A stretch of 64,000 bases of DNA from assembly GCA_038824665.1 (NCBI GenBank), contig JAWBBK010000001.1:224001-288000 (forward strand), read 5' to 3'. Origin of the DNA: Acidilobaceae archaeon. GTDB taxonomy: Archaea; Thermoproteota; Thermoprotei_A; Sulfolobales; Acidilobaceae. Shown piece after piece: positions 59,739 through 64,000 of this stretch. Each line of letters opens with the position of its first letter. The first letter of the stretch is position 1. The position numbers were made by a program, and so were the translations under genes. Under the pieces are notes generated by a model that was not told where the DNA came from, searched no databases, and saw only the letters and a program-made list of their open reading frames with translations.

Positions 59739-60734
59739 GTGGTAGACCTCGACTCTAAAGTTTTCTCTCCTTACGAGTTCTCAAAAGAGATCTTAGAACT
59801 CTCTTTTAGGTACAACTACGAACCTAGCGTCATCTACAGACTTGTTGAGACCGTAGGCCTTTTGGAAGCTGAAGAGGTCTTAAAGGCTAACGAAACGCCT
59901 CTTCCGGAAACGCTGAGATGTAACGACTATTTGATCGATTGTAAAGCTCTCGAAGAGAGACTCGAGAATAAGGGTTTTGAGTTAAAGAAAATACCTTGGC
60001 TTCCTCACGGTTACGAGGTAGAGAGAGCTCCTATCAGCCTAGGGGCTACACACGAGTATCTGCTCGGTTACTACTACATCCAGGACCCAGGCTCCATGCT
60101 TGCAGGCTATGCGCTCGATCCAAAGCCTGAAGAGGTCATTGTAGACATGTGTGCAGCTCCTGGAGGAAAAGCTACTCAGATACTACAACTTACTCGTGAC
60201 AGAGCGAAGCTGATAGCGGTAGAGAAGTCTAGAAGGAGAATGAGGAGTTTACGATCTCACCTTCAGAGAATGGGCTTCAGTAGCTTCGTTTTAGTGAGAA
60301 TGGACGCTCTAGCGTTGCCAGAAGTCATTAGAGCCGATAGGGTTCTCTTAGACGCTCCTAGTTCAGGAGAGGGTATAATAAGAAAAGACCCTAACAGAAA
60401 AAGAAAAGGGAAGCTAGAAGACATTAAAGCTCTTCACGAACTCCAAGTCAGACTTCTAGAGAAAGCATATAGATTATTGAAAGAAGGCGGAGTTCTACTT
60501 TATGCAGCGTGCTCTACAGCTGTAGAAGAGGGAGAGTACGTGATCCACAAGGTCTTAGAGAGACACAACGACCTCAGAGTAGAGAAAATAGAAATCCCTG
60601 TGCTTTCGAGAGGGATCACGAGCTATAGAGGAGCGGAATTCAATCCTGAACTCGCTCTTTGCGGAAGGCTTTGGCCTCATGTACAAGGCTACGAGGGTTT
60701 TTTTGTCTGTAGATTAGTGAAAGAGAGGAGATAG
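59739..60734 (+). CDS. RsmB/NOL1/NOP2-family RNA m5C methyltransferase
   Basis: YYIQD..S, DMCAAPGGK, LLDAPSSG, YAACS, EEGE, GFF. Confidence 0.92.
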   Translation: MVDLDSKVFSPYEFSKEILELSFRYNYEPSVIYRLVETVGLLEAEEVLKANETPLPETLRCNDYLIDCKALEERLENKGFELKKIPWLPHGYEVERAPISLGATHEYLLGYYYIQDPGSMLAGYALDPKPEEVIVDMCAAPGGKATQILQLTRDRAKLIAVEKSRRRMRSLRSHLQRMGFSSFVLVRMDALALPEVIRADRVLLDAPSSGEGIIRKDPNRKRKGKLEDIKALHELQVRLLEKAYRLLKEGGVLLYAACSTAVEEGEYVIHKVLERHNDLRVEKIEIPVLSRGITSYRGAEFNPELALCGRLWPHVQGYEGFFVCRLVKERR

Positions 60735-60735
60735 A

Positions 60736-61248
60736 GTGAACGTTAAGGGACCACGTCTTAGACACCCAAAACTCGAGGAGCTAAAGTCCTTGGAACGATT
60801 CCTTTCGAGACTAGGACTCAAAGTGAAGGAGATAGCGGAGAACGTTATGGCTCTCGAGGTACCTAAAGCTAAATATGTGGAACTCTTCGAAGTCCCGATG
60901 TGGGTTCTCGAGTTGCTAGATGTCCTTCCCTTTCACTATGCTTCAGGTCTCTACTTGGGTTATGTTGAAAAAGGTAGATTCAAGCCTGGTCTTCCTCTGG
61001 CTAGGAGACTCTCTTCGCTTTGCGGACGTACGTTTAAGTGTTTTGTGGTGGATTGGGAAGGAGAGAAGAGGTTTCTCTACGGGAGAGAGGTCTCAGAGAG
61101 ACATATTATTGAGTGGACTGAAGGAGTCTCTACGGTATTAAACCAAATCGGAGAGCCTTTGGGATGGGGCAGAGGGGTCGTAAGGAAAGGGGAACGAGTT
61201 CTGAAGCCTCTTTGGGATTTGGGTTGGTATCTTAGAAGAGGTGGTTAG
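60736..61248 (+). CDS. NIP7/PUA-like protein
   Basis: GLYLG, F.PGL, EKRFLYGR, DLGWYLRRGG; usual partner downstream of NOP2. Confidence 0.78.
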   Translation: MNVKGPRLRHPKLEELKSLERFLSRLGLKVKEIAENVMALEVPKAKYVELFEVPMWVLELLDVLPFHYASGLYLGYVEKGRFKPGLPLARRLSSLCGRTFKCFVVDWEGEKRFLYGREVSERHIIEWTEGVSTVLNQIGEPLGWGRGVVRKGERVLKPLWDLGWYLRRGG

Positions 61249-62093
61249 TCAAGAGGTTCAGCTGAAAACCCAGTTCTACATTCAATCTTCTTCTCTGCAC
61301 AAACCTTTCTCATTGTGTTGATCACGTTCTCTAGCCATGCTTTATTCCTGGCTTTCAGAGCGTACTCTCTAAGAGGGTGATGTTCTTCGAACATGAAAGG
61401 CTTGACTCTAAGAGGATCGAAGTAAAGTATTGAGCGCGTTCTTACCGCTATTTCGGTCACTGCCTCAACTGTAGCCAGGTCGTCGTTTATCTCAGGTATG
61501 ATGGGACCATAGAAGACCCAGGTCGTCACCCCTCTTTTAGCGAGTTCTTCAAGAGCGTTTATACGAGCTTTCGGAGGAGGAGCGTGAGGCTCTATGAAGC
61601 TGGCAACTTTTCTATCCACTGTCGTTATAGTAAAGCCCACATCGACAAGCTTTCTATGAGCTTCTATAAGGTCTAAGTCTCTGAGCACCATAGGGTTCTT
61701 CGTCTGAACGCTAACACGAAATCCGCGAGACAGTAGGATTTCGAGAGACCTCCTAGTGAGCTTGAAGACGGACTCTATGGGCTGATATGGGTCAGTGATA
61801 GTACTCACACATATTGAACTCTTCGAGATCTTTTTGATCTCTTTCTCGAGAACCTTGAACACGTTTATCTTAGCTACGACCGCTTGACCCCAATTCTCTC
61901 TGACTCTCTTGTCGTTTACATAAAGCCTTGCGTAACAGTAAAGACAACCATGTGAACATCCCACATAGGGGTTGAGAGCGTAATCGGCGTCTGGAAGTCC
62001 TGTTTTTGAGAGAGCTCTTCTAACTCTCTCAACTGCTACCGCTATTCTTCCGAATCTTCTAATCCTGCAGATAATCATCGAGGCTCCTCTCAA
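61245..62093 (-). CDS. Radical SAM protein, spore photoproduct lyase-like family
   Basis: NPYVGCSHGCLYCYA, TDPYQPIE, QTK, EPHAP, GPIIP. Confidence 0.9.
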   Translation of the reverse strand: MRGASMIICRIRRFGRIAVAVERVRRALSKTGLPDADYALNPYVGCSHGCLYCYARLYVNDKRVRENWGQAVVAKINVFKVLEKEIKKISKSSICVSTITDPYQPIESVFKLTRRSLEILLSRGFRVSVQTKNPMVLRDLDLIEAHRKLVDVGFTITTVDRKVASFIEPHAPPPKARINALEELAKRGVTTWVFYGPIIPEINDDLATVEAVTEIAVRTRSILYFDPLRVKPFMFEEHHPLREYALKARNKAWLENVINTMRKVCAEKKIECRTGFSAEPLD

Positions 62094-63291
62094 ATACTAC
62101 TGTCTTCAACAACCTTGAGGCTCTGAACCAGCGCTTCCAGCTTAATCTACTTTCTTTGTTTATGAGTTCTGCGACTTCTTTTAGCTCGTTTGTTCTAAGA
62201 ATAGGACCTTTTCTGAACATAGCTCTAGCCATTTCTCTAACGAACCAGACTCCGATAGGTATGTTGAACCCCTCGTATATTTCTCTCATCATGATTACAG
62301 CGGCTTGTTTTCTTCTTTTCTCAAGGTGTTCGAGAACAGCTAACATGCTAGCGTAGTAGCAACCGCCGATACTCGGGTAGTCAGTTCTCCCATCATATAG
62401 CTCGTAGTCTCCCTCGACTACGACCTCCTCTGTAGGGTTCCAAGTAGACCCAGGCCACCAGGCCTCCATCCACTCAAAGCTCCAGACTCTAGGCAAAAGC
62501 ACAGCTATGAAGAGATTGTCATAGCCTTTGTGTAAATACACCTCGATCTCGCTGATCGGTTCGTAGCTCTTCACTTTCTTGAGAAGCGTTCTTGAGAGTA
62601 TAGAGTCTACAGCCGTTATGCTCCATCTCGTCGGTACTAACCTTCTAGCTCTTCTTGTGCCAAGAGCTCCTACGCTTAGAAGTCTCTGTATATGGGATAC
62701 CGGTACTCCTTCTTTGTACAAAGTCCACACAGCATCAACGGTCTTTAGGTCAATATCTGAGTAAACCTTCTCTACAGGTTTCAGTACAGTTAGGTTTCCT
62801 TTAACCACTATCTTCTCAAGAGGAGATCCAGGACCCATAGGAGGTAGCTCTTCGCTAAGAGCTACTCTGGGTTTAGGAGGTTTAGCTAAGACCATGAACA
62901 CGTCGACAGGTCTTGAACTTAAAGCCAAAAACCTCAGCTCTTCTACTAGCTTGTCATCAAGCTTGAGGACATGTGTATGACTCCATCCGTAGACCATACT
63001 GAGCCTGTAGTCTAGCACCTCCTCAAGTTTGAGTCCTAGCCAGAGCTCGGGGAAATCAAAGACCTTTGTGTCCCCGGTCTCAGGAGGAGTCGCTGGACCA
63101 ATCCTGACCTTGGGATAACCGGTTCTACCGACGAAGACTGAAGGTGGACTAGAGCCCTCGACAACATTAGACCTCGTTATTGGCGTCAGCCTCAAGAGAG
63201 CTGAGGACTTGGCTAAGACCGGACAATAGGCTAGTCCGCAGAAGCCTCTTCCTCTACACGTCACGCAGAGCTTAAAGTCAACTCTTCTCAG
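62059..63291 (-). CDS. nre: Nre-family (NreA) DNA repair protein
   Basis: N-terminal Cx2Cx5Cx4C, GSSPPSVFVG..GYP, LVPTRWSITAVD, GGCYYA, PIGVWFVRE, C-terminal PIP-like SLDDYL; start extended to CTG 63291 to include the first Cys. Confidence 0.92.
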   Translation of the reverse strand: MRRVDFKLCVTCRGRGFCGLAYCPVLAKSSALLRLTPITRSNVVEGSSPPSVFVGRTGYPKVRIGPATPPETGDTKVFDFPELWLGLKLEEVLDYRLSMVYGWSHTHVLKLDDKLVEELRFLALSSRPVDVFMVLAKPPKPRVALSEELPPMGPGSPLEKIVVKGNLTVLKPVEKVYSDIDLKTVDAVWTLYKEGVPVSHIQRLLSVGALGTRRARRLVPTRWSITAVDSILSRTLLKKVKSYEPISEIEVYLHKGYDNLFIAVLLPRVWSFEWMEAWWPGSTWNPTEEVVVEGDYELYDGRTDYPSIGGCYYASMLAVLEHLEKRRKQAAVIMMREIYEGFNIPIGVWFVREMARAMFRKGPILRTNELKEVAELINKESRLSWKRWFRASRLLKTVVFERSLDDYLQD

Positions 63292-63753
63292 AGCGACTCC
63301 CGAGATTGGAAAACGCTTAAAGGCTTTAACTTCAATCTCTAGAACTAACTTCTGAACCTCACAACTCTGATCAGCTTCTCGACATCTACAGCTTAAGCTT
63401 CTTCTCTCAGAGTTCTTAACTCTTCAGCTCTGATTCTTAGAGTCTAAGGATTTTGTTCGATTTTGTTCAATGCCTCTAGAAGCTCGAGTTCGGCTACAGG
63501 CTTCCGTTTGCTCCTTTAGACCTCCGTTCTTGTTGTATCGAGTTTTGTGTAGTTCGTGCTAGCTCTCCTTTGTTTGCCAGATCCTCTGGAACTACGTAGA
63601 CCTTTAGGCTTTGACTGATCTTGACTTTTGAGGTCAGAGATCGCAGACTTTCTTTACGATCAGCTTCATCTTCACGTCTTTTAGCGACTCGTAGCTCATA
63701 GCGTTAATGTCAGTCTCGAGCTGAGAGGCGCAACGTTAAACGTTTCAACTAGC

Positions 63754-64000
63754 TTATTGCATGAGCCTCTTTAGAACAGCTCTTCCCTCTTCGGTTTCTG
63801 AAAGGAGTTCTGTCAGCCTTTTGAGTTTAGCTAAAGTCAGAGGGTCTAGAGCGTGTTCCAGCTCGTGAGCATCTCTCTCAACGACATCATCAGGTAGCCC
63901 TAAGAGCGTTAGGAACCTCTTCACTGTTTCATGTTTAGCTGAGGTAGCTTCAGCGTAGGCTCTACCAAGACTAGTCAGCGTTACTCCTCCATGTTTCTCA
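63754..64000 (-). CDS. DtxR/MntR-family metal-dependent regulator, C-terminal part (truncated by window edge)
   Basis: Manual translation: GVTLTSLGRAYA...KHETVKRFLTLLG...ERDAHELEHAL; TAA at 63756-63754. Confidence 0.88.
   Translation of the reverse strand, partial: EKHGGVTLTSLGRAYAEATSAKHETVKRFLTLLGLPDDVVERDAHELEHALDPLTLAKLKRLTELLSETEEGRAVLKRLMQ

Noticed and set aside
163-62764. Numerous short antisense ORFs in the track (e.g. 2339-2692, 15182-15631, 20241-20720, 25366-25824, 34857-35237, 54092-54463)
   Set aside because: They lie opposite well-supported genes and have the Ser/Leu/Phe-rich composition expected of antisense shadows.
1-64000. CRISPR array, rRNA, transposase or integrase
   Set aside because: No regularly spaced 24-40-bp repeats, no long GC-rich structured RNA, and no transposase or integrase motifs seen; no duplicated tRNA 3' end (att site) noticed.

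Overview
Gene-dense chromosomal segment of a crenarchaeon (Thermoproteota). Gene content, very frequent TTG/GTG starts and a tRNA-Pro(CGG) intron at position 32/33 suggest a Desulfurococcales/Acidilobales-like organism. Most of the window is housekeeping: rpl3-rpl4-rpl23, pyrG, gatDE, rps30e-nop5-fibrillarin, tatC, rpl10e, aIF2alpha-nop10, trpS, XPB-like helicase, rpl37e-Sm, a peptide ABC transporter, egsA and nre. No CRISPR array, rRNA or recognisable IS element was seen. Features missed by the ORF track: three well-formed box C/D guide RNAs (a tandem pair at 25.1-25.2 kb and one at 47.6 kb) with guides complementary to conserved 23S rRNA segments, an intron-containing tRNA-Pro, an 18-codon lysine-rich micro-ORF with its own TATA and SD, and genes (nre, pth2, possibly DUF460) whose conserved N-termini require near-cognate start codons. 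Two accessory-looking patches stand out. The first (15.7-19.3 kb) holds a NAL1-like trypsin-fold protease with a palindrome-rich upstream region and a shattered gene for a ~480-aa exported protein whose C-terminus resembles leukocidin/alpha-hemolysin beta-pore-forming toxins. The second (53.7-58.6 kb) holds a 1288-aa RecQ helicase flanked by apparently inactivated exonuclease/helicase domains, divergent from a DUF488 gene. All family assignments come from motif recognition, not database searches.
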